From: an uncultured Eggerthellaceae bacterium
GTDB lineage: Bacteria; Actinomycetota; Coriobacteriia; Coriobacteriales; Eggerthellaceae
Reading direction: 5' to 3'
Length of the DNA: 64,000 nt
NCBI GenBank assembly: GCA_910589135.1
Contig: CAJUSL010000001.1
Span: 68,058 to 132,057 of the forward strand
Shown here: positions 53,101 through 62,577 of the stretch, piece by piece
Layout: each line of letters starts with the position of its first letter
Position numbering within the stretch: position 1 is the first letter of the stretch
Made by a program: the position numbers and the translations under genes
Notes under the pieces: generated by a model
Told to the model about the DNA's origin: nothing
The model's input: the letters and a program-made list of their open reading frames with translations, nothing else
Database searches by the model: none

Positions 53101-54129
53101 GTGCACGCAGTGGAGGCAGTCCGGAACTTCCTGACGAACTACAGCGACAATTTCAGGGTGGCGCTCTTCATGTGGCCGCTCTTCGCCGTCGCGCTGACGT
53201 TGCCTATCCTTGCCTATCTCTATCACAGGGACGGGCGGCTGAAGGCCACGGGCGTCGCGGCCACGTATTTGGCGGTTCTCTATGCCCTCGGCATCGTCTG
53301 CTTCACGCTGTACCCACTGCCCGGCGGCGATGCGGGTCCGGGCATCACCTATGGCGTGCCGCCGCAGTGGAATCCGTTCGGCTTCGTGGGCGACATTGCC
53401 AAGGACGGCCTGCGTGCCGTTTTCCAGCTGGCGTTCAACGTCGTGTTCTTCCTGCCGCTGGGCTTCATCTGCGGAAGGCTTCTGCGCATGCGCTTCGTCA
53501 CAGCGGTGGTCTTTGCGTTCGTGGTGTCGCTGCTCATCGAGACGGCGCAGTTTACGGGGCTGTTCGGCGTGTATCCGCACGCGTATCGATGCTGCGACGT
53601 GGATGACCTGATCTGCAACACGTTGGGCGGCGTGCTCGGGTGGCTGTGTGCCCACGCGCTGGGCGGCCCGGATGCGGACGAAACCAGCCGCCCGGCGGTC
53701 TGCACGCGCCCGGGCTTCGTCCGACGGTGCGTCGCGTTCTGGATCGACATCACGCTGGTTCAGGTGGCGGCCATCATGCCGTGGCTGATCGTCGACCTCG
53801 CATGCGAGCTTATCGCGTCACAGCCGTTCTGCCTCCCCGGGCTCAACCAGGGGCAGACGATGGTGGTATGCGCGCTGGCGCTGGGGCTTGCCGCGTTCGC
53901 TGTTGCGGAGGTCGTCGTCCCTTGGCGACACGGGGGCTCGACGCCCGGCGGCATGTTCGTGCGCATGACGTTCGAGTCGCACGAAAGGACGCTCGGCAAT
54001 CGCGTGCTCTTCTACGCGTTGCGCATTCTCACCATCGCGGCCACGTTCGTGATTCCGTTCGCCATGGTTCCCGTGCTGGGCATTTTCTACCTGGCGAAGA
54101 GATGCATGCCCTATGACCAGGTGCCCTAA
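53101..54129 (+). CDS. VanZ-like domain fused to an RDD-family membrane domain
   Basis: VanZ block NVVFFLPLGFICG...LLIETAQF...DVDDLICNTLGGVLGW. The C-terminal half (FVRRCVAFWIDITLVQ..., about 3 TM segments) is RDD-like. Confidence 0.75.
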   Translation: MHAVEAVRNFLTNYSDNFRVALFMWPLFAVALTLPILAYLYHRDGRLKATGVAATYLAVLYALGIVCFTLYPLPGGDAGPGITYGVPPQWNPFGFVGDIAKDGLRAVFQLAFNVVFFLPLGFICGRLLRMRFVTAVVFAFVVSLLIETAQFTGLFGVYPHAYRCCDVDDLICNTLGGVLGWLCAHALGGPDADETSRPAVCTRPGFVRRCVAFWIDITLVQVAAIMPWLIVDLACELIASQPFCLPGLNQGQTMVVCALALGLAAFAVAEVVVPWRHGGSTPGGMFVRMTFESHERTLGNRVLFYALRILTIAATFVIPFAMVPVLGIFYLAKRCMPYDQVP

Positions 54130-54162
54130 GGCCTTGGACGGGACCGCGCGAAGGCGGCAGGC

Positions 54163-55071
54163 CTAGCTCGCCTGATTCCGACGCTCTGCGAGCACCTCTT
54201 GCGCGATGTGCGCCCATCTGCGAATGGCGTCGGTGCCGTTCGAGCGTTTCCAGATCGCCCCATACATCGTCTTGATGTTCAAGCCCTCGAGTGGAATCAG
54301 GGTCATGCTGCCCTGGTAGTAGTCCTTCAGATGGAGGAAGGAGATTCCCACGGTGTCGTTCGCCTCCACGAGTATGAACAGACTGTTGATGTCGCGGACC
54401 TGCTCCTTGATGTCGATCTGGTTGTTGCCAGGGTCCAAGTACTCGATGATGGGTTCGTTGTCCGACGTGAAGAATGTCGATGCGGGAAGCGAGACGGTGT
54501 GGCCCTTGAGGTCGGCGGGCAGCAGCGATTTCTTTCGGCTTAAGGCGTCGTCGTTGTTCACCACGGCTCGGTATTCGTCTTCGAAGAACGGGACAATCTC
54601 GTGCGACGCGTCTCTGACTGCATGCGGAATGAACGAGGCTGCGATGTCTACCTTGTCCTCCTCTAGCACCCGCAGGACGTCGTTGAACTCGTAAGTGACA
54701 TAGTCCACGCCGATGTTGGGGAACTCTTCGCGGAACTGCGACTGGATCTTTGGCAGGTCGTGGGCGATCATTCCTTGAAGGTAGCCGACGCGGAGCAACC
54801 CCTCGGTCTTTCTTCGGAAAGCCTGCATATCGTCCATCATGCGGTCGTAATCCGCCACGACCTGTTGCGCCCCGCGAAGAAAAACCTCGCCTGCCTTCGT
54901 GAGTTTGACGGAGCGTTTGGTTCGTTGGAAGAGCGCGAAGCCGAGCTTGCTTTCGACGGCCTTGACGTGCTTCGACAGTGCGGGTTGGGCGACGAACATG
55001 TTCTGGGACGTCTTGGTGAAGTTGAGCGTGACGGCAAGGTCGACGCATTCCCTCAGCAGCTCTATGCGCAT
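54163..55071 (-). CDS. LysR-family transcriptional regulator
   Basis: N-terminal HTH MRIELLRECVDLAVTLNFTKTSQNMFVAQPALSKHVKAVESKLGFALFQRT plus a LysR substrate-binding domain. Divergent from Mo cassette 3. Confidence 0.9.
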   Translation of the reverse strand: MRIELLRECVDLAVTLNFTKTSQNMFVAQPALSKHVKAVESKLGFALFQRTKRSVKLTKAGEVFLRGAQQVVADYDRMMDDMQAFRRKTEGLLRVGYLQGMIAHDLPKIQSQFREEFPNIGVDYVTYEFNDVLRVLEEDKVDIAASFIPHAVRDASHEIVPFFEDEYRAVVNNDDALSRKKSLLPADLKGHTVSLPASTFFTSDNEPIIEYLDPGNNQIDIKEQVRDINSLFILVEANDTVGISFLHLKDYYQGSMTLIPLEGLNIKTMYGAIWKRSNGTDAIRRWAHIAQEVLAERRNQAS

Positions 55072-55185
55072 GGCGCCTCCTGGCTCGAGACCGTGGCCTT
55101 CCGCTGGGTAACCGCGAAGCGGATGCCTTCATTTCAGCACAACGCTCCGGGTCCGTCCACCTGGCCGGAGGCTTTCTACGTGCGC

Positions 55186-55204
55186 TTATTCCGCGGTGGA
55201 ATAA
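55186..55204. promoter_or_regulatory. Candidate LysR box (T-N11-A palindrome)
   Basis: TTATTCC-GCGGT-GGAATAA (7-bp arms) in the lysR / Mo-enzyme divergent region. It contains TTCCGCGGTGGAA, which fits T-N11-A. Confidence 0.35.
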
Positions 55205-55287
55205 AAATCGCTGAAACGCTATTTCACTTCGTCTCGGCCAATGCCGACACTTGGTGTATCGAGACCTTCACGAGAGAGAGGGGACAC

Positions 55288-57621
55288 ATGTCAGAAAAAG
55301 ACGTCATGGAGGAGAGCTCTGGCCTTGGCAAATCGGTCAAGTCAGTAGGGGTGGTCCAGAGCATCGCCGACAACGACCACGCGACCGATAGGCGCGAATC
55401 TTACACTTGGGAGGAGGACGGCTATACCGTCGTGCGCGGCAATGCACGTACGGCCCCCGGCTGTCACGACAACTGCGGCGTGCTCATGTACGTCAAGGAT
55501 GGCAGGGTAGTCAAGGTGGAGGGCGACGAAGAGGATCCATACAACCAGGGTCGGCTTTGCCTGCGATGCTTGACGCTTCCCGAAACGCTTTACCATGAGG
55601 ACAGGCAACTGTATCCGATGAAGCGTGCCCGCGAGGACCGCGGCAAGGACAAGTGGGAGCGCATCAGCTGGGACGAAGCCTACGACATGCTCGAGCAGGG
55701 CATCAAGGACGTCCAGGCCAGGCATGGCAAGGAGAGCGTGTACGTCGTTTGCGGAACCGGCCGTGACGTCATCGTCTACGAGACCATTCTTGCGGCGATG
55801 CTTGGGACGCCCAACCAGGCAATGGGCTTCTTCCCCGGCCAAAGCTGTTACATTCCTCGCACGTTCAGCACCAACCTGAAAGGCGGCGTCTTCTTCGAGG
55901 GCGACTACTCGCAGTTCTTCCCCGATCGTTACGACAACCCGAAATGGCGCAGGCCCGATTACGTGTTCGTGTGGGGCAATAACCCCGTAGTCGCGAACTC
56001 GGACGGCAACCTTGGCCATTGGATCGTCGAGTGCATGAAGCGCGGAAGCAAGCTGATTACGGCCGATCCAAAACTCACCTGGTGCGCTGCGCATTCCGAG
56101 TATTTCTTACAGGTGCGTCCTGGAACTGACGCGGCCCTTGCTCTTGCGTTGGCGCACGTCATTATCGAGGAGGACCTCTACGACCATGAATTCGTGGAGA
56201 ATTGGACCTACGGTTTCGAGGAATATGCCGAAGGCGTCGAGGAATGGACGCCGGAGCGCGTGGCTGGCATTTGCGACATCGATGTGGACCTCATCTACGA
56301 CGTGGCGCGGGCCATTGGCGGAGCAGAGTCGTGGGCGCTGCAGTGGGGCGTTGCTCTGGACCATACCTCCGAAGGCTTCTACTCGGGCATGGCGTGCTGG
56401 GATTTGGTCGGTCTTACCGGCATGTTCGATCATCCGGGCGGCATGGTGGCCGGCGTCGCGCCCTTCAGCATCGGCTTCCCATGGATTCCGGCCGCGACCG
56501 ACGTCGACTGGATTCCTGCAGACCTGACCATGAAGCCTGCCATCACCTACGAAAGCTACGCTGGGCTCAACACGATGGGCATGCCTGCCTCCGACGCCAT
56601 CCTCGAAGGCATGGAGGAAGGGCGCGAGGACGCCATCAAGTGCTGTTGGTTCTATGCGACGAACGTGCTTGCCAACGAAGGCGCCGTTCCCGAGCGTATC
56701 CTTAAGGCGGTCCAGGACACCTGCGAGTTCAACATCGTGTCCGATATTTGGATGACGCCTACGGCCTACGCTTGCGCCGACCTCTTCCTTCCCGTTACCT
56801 GCTTCCCTGAGAGAAGCGGCATTTCCGGGCATCAGCCTTATCGTACCGGTGCCATCGTCAAGGCCGTAGAGCCGGCGGGAGAGGCGCGTTCAGACCAGAC
56901 CGTGCTCATCGAGGTAGGGAAGCGCTTCTGTGGCGAAGACGTCGTGCCGTTCAAGACGGACGAGGAGCTCTACGACTTCCTCATTGCCCGCGGAGGCAGC
57001 GGCATGGATTACGCCACCGTCCGCGACTATGGCTGGGTGTATCCCGAGGTGGAGTACTACCGCTACAAGACCGGAGGCCTGCGTGCCGACGGCAAGCCTG
57101 GCTTCAACACCACCACGATGAAGTACGAGTTCGACTGCGTCCCGTTGCAGTACATGGGCGTGGCATCGCTGGCGTCGTACGAAGAGCCTCCCGAGAGCCC
57201 CGTCAGCACGCCTGAGCTTGCCAAGGAGTATCCGCTGATTTTGACCACTGGCGCACGCAACTGGGGCTTTTTCCATTCGGAGGGCCGTCAGATTCCGCAC
57301 TTGCGGCGCGTGCATCCCGATCCAGAGGTGAAGCTGCATCCTGCCGACGCCGCCCGGTATGGCATTGCGGAGGGCGATTGGGTGTTGATCGAAAACACCT
57401 ACGGGTCTTGCAAGCAGAAGGCTCATATCACGCCACGCATCAAGGAAGGCGTCGTGTCCGCCGACCATGGCTGGTGGTTTCCCGAGCGCCAGCGCGATGA
57501 CAGCTACTTCGGGACGTTAGAGAGCAACATCAACAACTGCCTGTCCATCAAGTCGGGAAAAATTGGCCTTGGCAACTCGTACAAGTCCGGTCTTTGCCGC
57601 GTAAGCAAAGTAGAAGGGTAG
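55288..57621 (+). CDS. Molybdopterin (bis-PGD) oxidoreductase catalytic subunit, no Tat signal (cassette 3, paralog of 22472..24724)
   Basis: 777 aa. APGCHDNCGVLMY...GRLCLRC Cys group. It shares the identical string KRAREDRGKDKWERISWDEAY with cassette 1. ATG 55288 is preceded by GAGAGGGGA. Confidence 0.9.
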   Translation: MSEKDVMEESSGLGKSVKSVGVVQSIADNDHATDRRESYTWEEDGYTVVRGNARTAPGCHDNCGVLMYVKDGRVVKVEGDEEDPYNQGRLCLRCLTLPETLYHEDRQLYPMKRAREDRGKDKWERISWDEAYDMLEQGIKDVQARHGKESVYVVCGTGRDVIVYETILAAMLGTPNQAMGFFPGQSCYIPRTFSTNLKGGVFFEGDYSQFFPDRYDNPKWRRPDYVFVWGNNPVVANSDGNLGHWIVECMKRGSKLITADPKLTWCAAHSEYFLQVRPGTDAALALALAHVIIEEDLYDHEFVENWTYGFEEYAEGVEEWTPERVAGICDIDVDLIYDVARAIGGAESWALQWGVALDHTSEGFYSGMACWDLVGLTGMFDHPGGMVAGVAPFSIGFPWIPAATDVDWIPADLTMKPAITYESYAGLNTMGMPASDAILEGMEEGREDAIKCCWFYATNVLANEGAVPERILKAVQDTCEFNIVSDIWMTPTAYACADLFLPVTCFPERSGISGHQPYRTGAIVKAVEPAGEARSDQTVLIEVGKRFCGEDVVPFKTDEELYDFLIARGGSGMDYATVRDYGWVYPEVEYYRYKTGGLRADGKPGFNTTTMKYEFDCVPLQYMGVASLASYEEPPESPVSTPELAKEYPLILTTGARNWGFFHSEGRQIPHLRRVHPDPEVKLHPADAARYGIAEGDWVLIENTYGSCKQKAHITPRIKEGVVSADHGWWFPERQRDDSYFGTLESNINNCLSIKSGKIGLGNSYKSGLCRVSKVEG

Positions 57622-57631
57622 GGACGAGGAA

Positions 57632-57958
57632 ATGACAAAAGGACTGCTCATCGACTACAACTACTGCACGGGTTGCCACACCTGCGAGGTGGCATGCCAG
57701 ATGGAAAACCAGCTTCCGCCCGACAAGTTCGGCATCGAGCTGAAGCAGATCGGACCCGATCAAATCGACGACCGCACGTGGCAGTACGACTTCTTCCCGG
57801 TTCCTACCGACAGATGCAATCTGTGCGCAGGACGCGTGGCGAAGGGAAAGCTTCCCAGCTGCGTCAAGCACTGCCAGGCCGGATGCATGCACTATGGCGA
57901 CATCGAAGACCTCGCCGCTCAAATCACCGGATCGAAGTTCGCGTTGTTCTCCAAGTAG
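57632..57958 (+). CDS. Small 4Fe-4S ferredoxin-like subunit (108 aa), paralog of 24727..25062
   Basis: CTGCHTCEVAC and CNLC...C..KHC...C, the same 9-Cys pattern as the cassette 1 subunit. Confidence 0.85.
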   Translation: MTKGLLIDYNYCTGCHTCEVACQMENQLPPDKFGIELKQIGPDQIDDRTWQYDFFPVPTDRCNLCAGRVAKGKLPSCVKHCQAGCMHYGDIEDLAAQITGSKFALFSK

Positions 57959-57976
57959 GAGGGAAGGGGGTCGAAC

Positions 57977-59263
57977 ATGACCAGTCAAATTGAAAGGCCT
58001 ACGGGCATCAGGGCATGGGGCGTCGCCAAAGACCAGCTGTCGCAGACCCAGCGCTGGGTGTCGATGGTTTCGATGATGATAACGGGCCTCGCCGTCGTCT
58101 TCGTCGTGATGAAGTGGAACCCGATCCTTGCCTTCGTCGGCGAGGAGCACGGCATGGGCATGGACATGATCGGCAACATTTCCGGTCTGGCGCTGTTCAT
58201 GGGATGCATCGTCTGTTTCCCGGCAGTCTGGATCATGCGGAACATCGGCGTCAAGTTCACGCTTGCGTTGGCCATGGTCATCACGGTCGTCGGTTCTGCG
58301 GCGAGGTTGTTCACCGCTGACGCAGCCGGTTTTCTTGTTGAGGGCACCGGCATGGGCATGCTGGCCGCATGCGGGCCCAATATCGTGCCGCGCCTGTTTC
58401 CGCTGCAGAAAATGGGCCTTGCCATGGGGGTGTGGTCGCAGTGGACCGTTGCGGGGCTCGTGGTTGCGGTGCTTGCCTCCCCCATCATCTTCCAGGCAAC
58501 CGGCTCGACGGCGACGATTACCTACGTAGGCATCGGCATTCTGGTGGTGGCGCTGGCGATTCATGTGGTCGCGTTCAGGCTTAACGCGGTTGACGAGAAC
58601 GTCCTCAATGCGCAAGCCGTCGAGCGCAAGGAGAAGAGCGCCATCAATCACAACTATGTCAGAGGCGGCATCATCTGCGCCTTCGCGTTCTTCGGTTACT
58701 GTTGGATTTTCGGACTTTGCCAGGGGTTCTTCCCCACGTTCCTCCAAAGCATCGGCGTAGGCATCGTGGAGTCCAACAGTCCGGCGCTTTACTCGCAGAT
58801 CCTCGTGGTGCTGTTCGGCGTGTCCGCTGGCGTGTTCTATGAGAGGTATAACCTTCGCAAGGCCTTCACCATCGGTGGCTTCATCCTCTTTGGCGGCATG
58901 GTCATCATGTCCTATGGCAGCTATGGCAACAGCGCCGTCAACATGTGGCTCTTTGGCATTGGCATTGGCCTGCTGGCTGGCATCGTGCCCGTGGCCATCA
59001 GGACCTATATCCCGGTTTTGGTCACCGACCCTCGGAAGATGGACTACGTGCTGGGCATCATGGCCTTCGTCACGAACCTGACGTTCTTCGGCAACGGTCT
59101 GTTCGGCGCTCTTATTGCGAACTGGGGCTTTTTCATGGCTGCAGTCGTGTTCTTGGGCGTGCCGCTGGTCGTTTGCATATTCCTGGTGGTCTTCTTCGTG
59201 AAGAGCGACCGCAAGATTGCGCAGGAGGACGCTTTGCAGCTGGAGGCGTCTTCCGAAGCATAG
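57977..59263 (+). CDS. MFS transporter (cassette 3)
   Basis: 428 aa, about 12 TM segments. SD GGAGGGAAGGGGG lies upstream. Confidence 0.9.
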   Translation: MTSQIERPTGIRAWGVAKDQLSQTQRWVSMVSMMITGLAVVFVVMKWNPILAFVGEEHGMGMDMIGNISGLALFMGCIVCFPAVWIMRNIGVKFTLALAMVITVVGSAARLFTADAAGFLVEGTGMGMLAACGPNIVPRLFPLQKMGLAMGVWSQWTVAGLVVAVLASPIIFQATGSTATITYVGIGILVVALAIHVVAFRLNAVDENVLNAQAVERKEKSAINHNYVRGGIICAFAFFGYCWIFGLCQGFFPTFLQSIGVGIVESNSPALYSQILVVLFGVSAGVFYERYNLRKAFTIGGFILFGGMVIMSYGSYGNSAVNMWLFGIGIGLLAGIVPVAIRTYIPVLVTDPRKMDYVLGIMAFVTNLTFFGNGLFGALIANWGFFMAAVVFLGVPLVVCIFLVVFFVKSDRKIAQEDALQLEASSEA

Positions 59264-59424
59264 AGTCCCCGACTTTCTCTCTTTCTCCCCCTAGATGCAC
59301 CTTCCGTATCCCTAGTGCAGCGGGAGATGCGATTCGTCGGAGGGGTTTTGGAAGGCCCCTCCGATCGGATTTCGAAACGCTCGATCTGCTCGCGGTTGCG
59401 ATGCTCCGAGGAAGGTATGACCAG

Positions 59425-59919
59425 ATGCCAAACACGGGCCCCATAGGATTTCAGCGCATGACAAGCCTGCTGATGAACATATTCATCGGACTTGTCCTGG
59501 GATGTGTGTTTCTGTTCCTGTCTCACGACGTGACGTCCATGGCTATGGATGAAATCGCACGCACGTTCTGCCAATCCCTCGTCATGAGCATCCCCGTCGG
59601 CTATGCCGTGGGCGACTTTCTGCCCACGATGGCTTGGGGGCAGAAGCTGGCTGCAGCGCTGCATGCCACGGGGAGGCTTGCGAGCCATTTGGTGGTGAGC
59701 CTGACGCTGGCCGTGGTCAACGTGACCGTCATACTGACGGCATGCATGTTCATCGTGATGCTTGCGAGCACCAGCGTCGGCGACGTGCTTGGCATCGTTG
59801 CCATGCTATGGGCGCCGGCCGTTGCATCCGGCTTCCTTGCAATCTTTGCGTTGCTGCCCGTTGCCCAGGGGCTGGCGACCAAAATAAGCGGCTTCGACCC
59901 TATGGCGGAAGCCGATTAG
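59425..59919 (+). CDS. Small polytopic membrane protein (164 aa, about 4 TM segments), unknown function
   Basis: ATG 59425 is preceded by GAGGAAGG. The ORF-track version (58945) overlaps the MFS gene in another frame and is rejected. Confidence 0.5.
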   Translation: MPNTGPIGFQRMTSLLMNIFIGLVLGCVFLFLSHDVTSMAMDEIARTFCQSLVMSIPVGYAVGDFLPTMAWGQKLAAALHATGRLASHLVVSLTLAVVNVTVILTACMFIVMLASTSVGDVLGIVAMLWAPAVASGFLAIFALLPVAQGLATKISGFDPMAEAD

Positions 59920-60023
59920 CCTTGCATGAAGCAGGAGACTTCGACGGCACTTTTGCAACTGAGGTGCAGCCCGCAGTCTCCGTATCTGACTCCCACGCCG
60001 ACACCTGCATGTCTGAGTGCAAG

Positions 60024-60557
60024 CTATCCCCTTGAGCGCAAGCCACCCCCTGTGCGCCTTCCCTGCAGGCAGTAGGGAAGGATGGCGCGGTAGTCCTCGA
60101 CGAGCTGCTCGAGCGACTTCGCCGCGTTCGCAGGGCTGGTCGACGGAAGGCGCGTGCACGCCAGGTGCGTCTGCACCTCGCAGTGTTTCGTGTAGAGCTC
60201 GGCCGCCTTCGCGCCGGTGCAGAACACGGCCTCGATGGGAGCGCGTGCAAACAGGCTGCCGATGTCGTTCGGCACGCAGTCGGCTATGGAGCCGTCGCTT
60301 GCGCCTTCGATGGTGCATTCCGCCAGCACGTCCCACAGCGCGATGCCGTGTCGCAGCGCCAGGTCGCGCTTCTCGTCGTTGGTGACGGGAAGCTTCTCGT
60401 CGAACAGCGCGGCCATCACCTTCCAGAAGCGGTTCTGCGGGTGCCCGTAATAGAAGCCGGTCTCGCGCGACTTGGGCGAAGGCATCGTACCCAGCATCAG
60501 CACGCGCGACCGTTCGTCGAACACGGGGCTAATGGTGTGGCGCACCTTGTTGGCCAT
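60024..60557 (-). CDS. UDG-superfamily DNA glycosylase, hypoxanthine/deoxyinosine-DNA glycosylase-like (family 6)
   Basis: VLMLGTMPSPKSRETGFYYGHPQNRFW and LPSTSPAN match my memory of family-6 UDG (TIGR04274-like) motifs. ATG 60557 has GGAGGGG upstream. Confidence 0.75.
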   Translation of the reverse strand: MANKVRHTISPVFDERSRVLMLGTMPSPKSRETGFYYGHPQNRFWKVMAALFDEKLPVTNDEKRDLALRHGIALWDVLAECTIEGASDGSIADCVPNDIGSLFARAPIEAVFCTGAKAAELYTKHCEVQTHLACTRLPSTSPANAAKSLEQLVEDYRAILPYCLQGRRTGGGLRSRG

Positions 60558-60600
60558 GCTGCTCAACGCCCCTCCGTTCCTGCCATGCCTACATGATGCA

Positions 60601-61206
60601 TCAGTCTAGCGTTTCGAGCGCGGCGACGATGGCCGAGTCGAGCGCAGGCTGCACGAGGCTCCAGTCGTGGCCGTTGCGCTTCGCTGCCTTGGCTGCAGCG
60701 AGGCAGCCGCTTATCCTGAAGATGTTGAGATAGCGCAGCTGCAGCATTTCGACGGTGGTGTCAGGGTGGCGCCTTCTGATGCTTAGCATGAGCTCGTCGA
60801 GGTTGCGGTCGACGACGCGCTCGATCAGCCTTTCCGCGATGGAATTGTCCTCAAGAAGCGGCTGGTAGGGGTTTCGCGACGCATAGAAGTGGCAGAACGG
60901 CATGCCGCGCCATTCGCGTGCCGACCTGGGCGCGCGCCTTGCTCCCGAGCACGACTCGCACATCTCTAGCGGCACGTCGCCCATCTCGTCGGTCATGTCG
61001 TCCAGGATTTCGTCCAGCACGTCGGCCAGGCTGCCGTAATGCTGGTAGAACGTGGCGCGCGTGAGGCCGGAGGTGCGGCAGATTTCGCTTACGGTGAGGT
61101 CGGCGAACCGCCTCTCCTTCAGGGCCGAAAGCAAGCATGACTTGATGGCCCTCTCGGTCGCAATCGATCGCTTGTCCTTCTTGCGCGGCTTGGTCGTCTT
61201 TTCCAT
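60601..61206 (-). CDS. TetR/AcrR-family transcriptional regulator
   Basis: N-terminal HTH FADLTVSEICRTSGLTRATFYQHYGSLADV. Divergent from the DUF262 gene pair. Confidence 0.85.
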   Translation of the reverse strand: MEKTTKPRKKDKRSIATERAIKSCLLSALKERRFADLTVSEICRTSGLTRATFYQHYGSLADVLDEILDDMTDEMGDVPLEMCESCSGARRAPRSAREWRGMPFCHFYASRNPYQPLLEDNSIAERLIERVVDRNLDELMLSIRRRHPDTTVEMLQLRYLNIFRISGCLAAAKAAKRNGHDWSLVQPALDSAIVAALETLD

Positions 61207-61453
61207 GGCATGCCTTCTCGAAGTTGCTTACATGTTTTCGCGATGTGTATGCGAAACGCGCTGCCGGAGCAGAGCCGGCTTGCTTTTCGCTTTCCTCGTG
61301 GTATGTTCGCATTATAGAAGTTCCATACAGGCTGTAAAGAAATTGCAAAACGAGAAGGGCATCGTGTGGGCATGAAGCCAGGGGCGGCGTTGGGTCGCAT
61401 CCAGCGTCGCACGTCGTCGGCGATGTCGCGAGGGTGCAGAACGGAGGCGCATC

Positions 61454-62566
61454 ATGGAAGTCGGACAGTCTTCCCTGTTGGATTTGCTGGCGAAGCAGGA
61501 CACGCGATTCGCCATTCCTGCATATCAGCGCAGGTATGCTTGGCAGCAGCGGCAGTGCGAGGAGCTGTGGCTTGACGTCCTTCGGGCGGGGCGGCGCAAC
61601 GAGCGTCACTTCTCGGGGACGATCCTGTACCAGGAGGAGCCTGGCGAGAAGGGCGTCCGCTGCCTTTCCATCGTCGACGGGCAGCAGCGCATGACCACCG
61701 TCATGCTGATGCTCGTCGCGTTGCGCAATCACCTCGCAGAGCATCCTGGCGCACTCGGCGGCTTGACTGCCGAACAGGTCGACCGCACCTTCCTTGTGGC
61801 GGACGCCGGCGGCATCCGCAGTGCTGGGCAGGGCGATGCCGATGCCGGGTGCAACGTTCCCAAGCTGCGGCTTTCCCGGCTCGACGCCGCGTCGATGGCA
61901 AAGGCAGTTGCGGGCGCGGCGCCTGACGACATTCCGTCGCGCAACCTCTCGTGCAACCTCGCGTACTTCGAGTCGTTGATGCAGGAAGACGGTTTCGATC
62001 CCGCCGTGTTCGAGCGCGGGCTGAAGAACCTGAACGTCGTCATGGCGCAAGCCGATGCAGAAGACGATGCGCAGGCGGTGTTCGAGAGCCTGAACTCGAA
62101 GGGGCTGAAGCTCAACATCGGCGACATGGTGAGAAACTACCTGCTGGCAAGCGAGGACCATGCCGAGCAGACGAGGCTCTACATCGAGTACTGGACGATG
62201 ATCGAGGGCGCCTTCGATCCCGATCCCGGCTCGCTCAAGCTGGACACGATGATCAAGGCATGGCTGTCGGTGCGTTTCACGAAGGTGCGCGCCCGCACGC
62301 CCGAGGACGTCTATTCCGCATTCAAGCGGTACTACGACGATGAGTACGCGGGCGAACTGGAGCCGGTGCTCAGCGAGCTGCGCTCATTCGCGATGGTGTG
62401 GGCGGAAAACTACCGCTATCACGCCGTGAAGAAGTTCCGCTCCATGCCGTGGGCGAAGAACGGGGCGCAGACGCTGACGTCCGGTTACGAGCTGAAGAAG
62501 GCCGACAACGAGGAATACGCCGAGCGCGTTCGCCAGGAGCTGCGCGCCATGGGCCGCGAGCTGTAG
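61454..62566 (+). CDS. DUF262 (ParB/GmrSD N-terminal-like) domain protein lacking a DUF1524 nuclease domain
   Basis: FAIPAYQRRYAW, IVDGQQRMTT and FESLNSKGLKLNIGDMVRNYLL are signature DUF262 blocks. At 370 aa it has no His-Me finger region. Confidence 0.85.
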   Translation: MEVGQSSLLDLLAKQDTRFAIPAYQRRYAWQQRQCEELWLDVLRAGRRNERHFSGTILYQEEPGEKGVRCLSIVDGQQRMTTVMLMLVALRNHLAEHPGALGGLTAEQVDRTFLVADAGGIRSAGQGDADAGCNVPKLRLSRLDAASMAKAVAGAAPDDIPSRNLSCNLAYFESLMQEDGFDPAVFERGLKNLNVVMAQADAEDDAQAVFESLNSKGLKLNIGDMVRNYLLASEDHAEQTRLYIEYWTMIEGAFDPDPGSLKLDTMIKAWLSVRFTKVRARTPEDVYSAFKRYYDDEYAGELEPVLSELRSFAMVWAENYRYHAVKKFRSMPWAKNGAQTLTSGYELKKADNEEYAERVRQELRAMGREL

Positions 62567-62577
62567 GAGGGGTTGTC

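Noticed and set aside
58945-59424. 5' part of ORF 58945..59919, overlapping the MFS gene in another frame.
   Set aside because: The overlap region translates to Arg/Gly/His-rich shadow sequence. A plausible SD plus ATG at 59425 begins the hydrophobic 4-TM protein.
51551-59919. tRNA-Thr-flanked genomic island carrying the IS, VanZ-RDD, LysR and Mo cassette 3.
   Set aside because: The region is next to a tRNA and looks slightly lower in GC by eye. I found no integrase gene and no direct repeat of the tRNA 3' end downstream. GC was not computed rigorously, so the evidence is insufficient.
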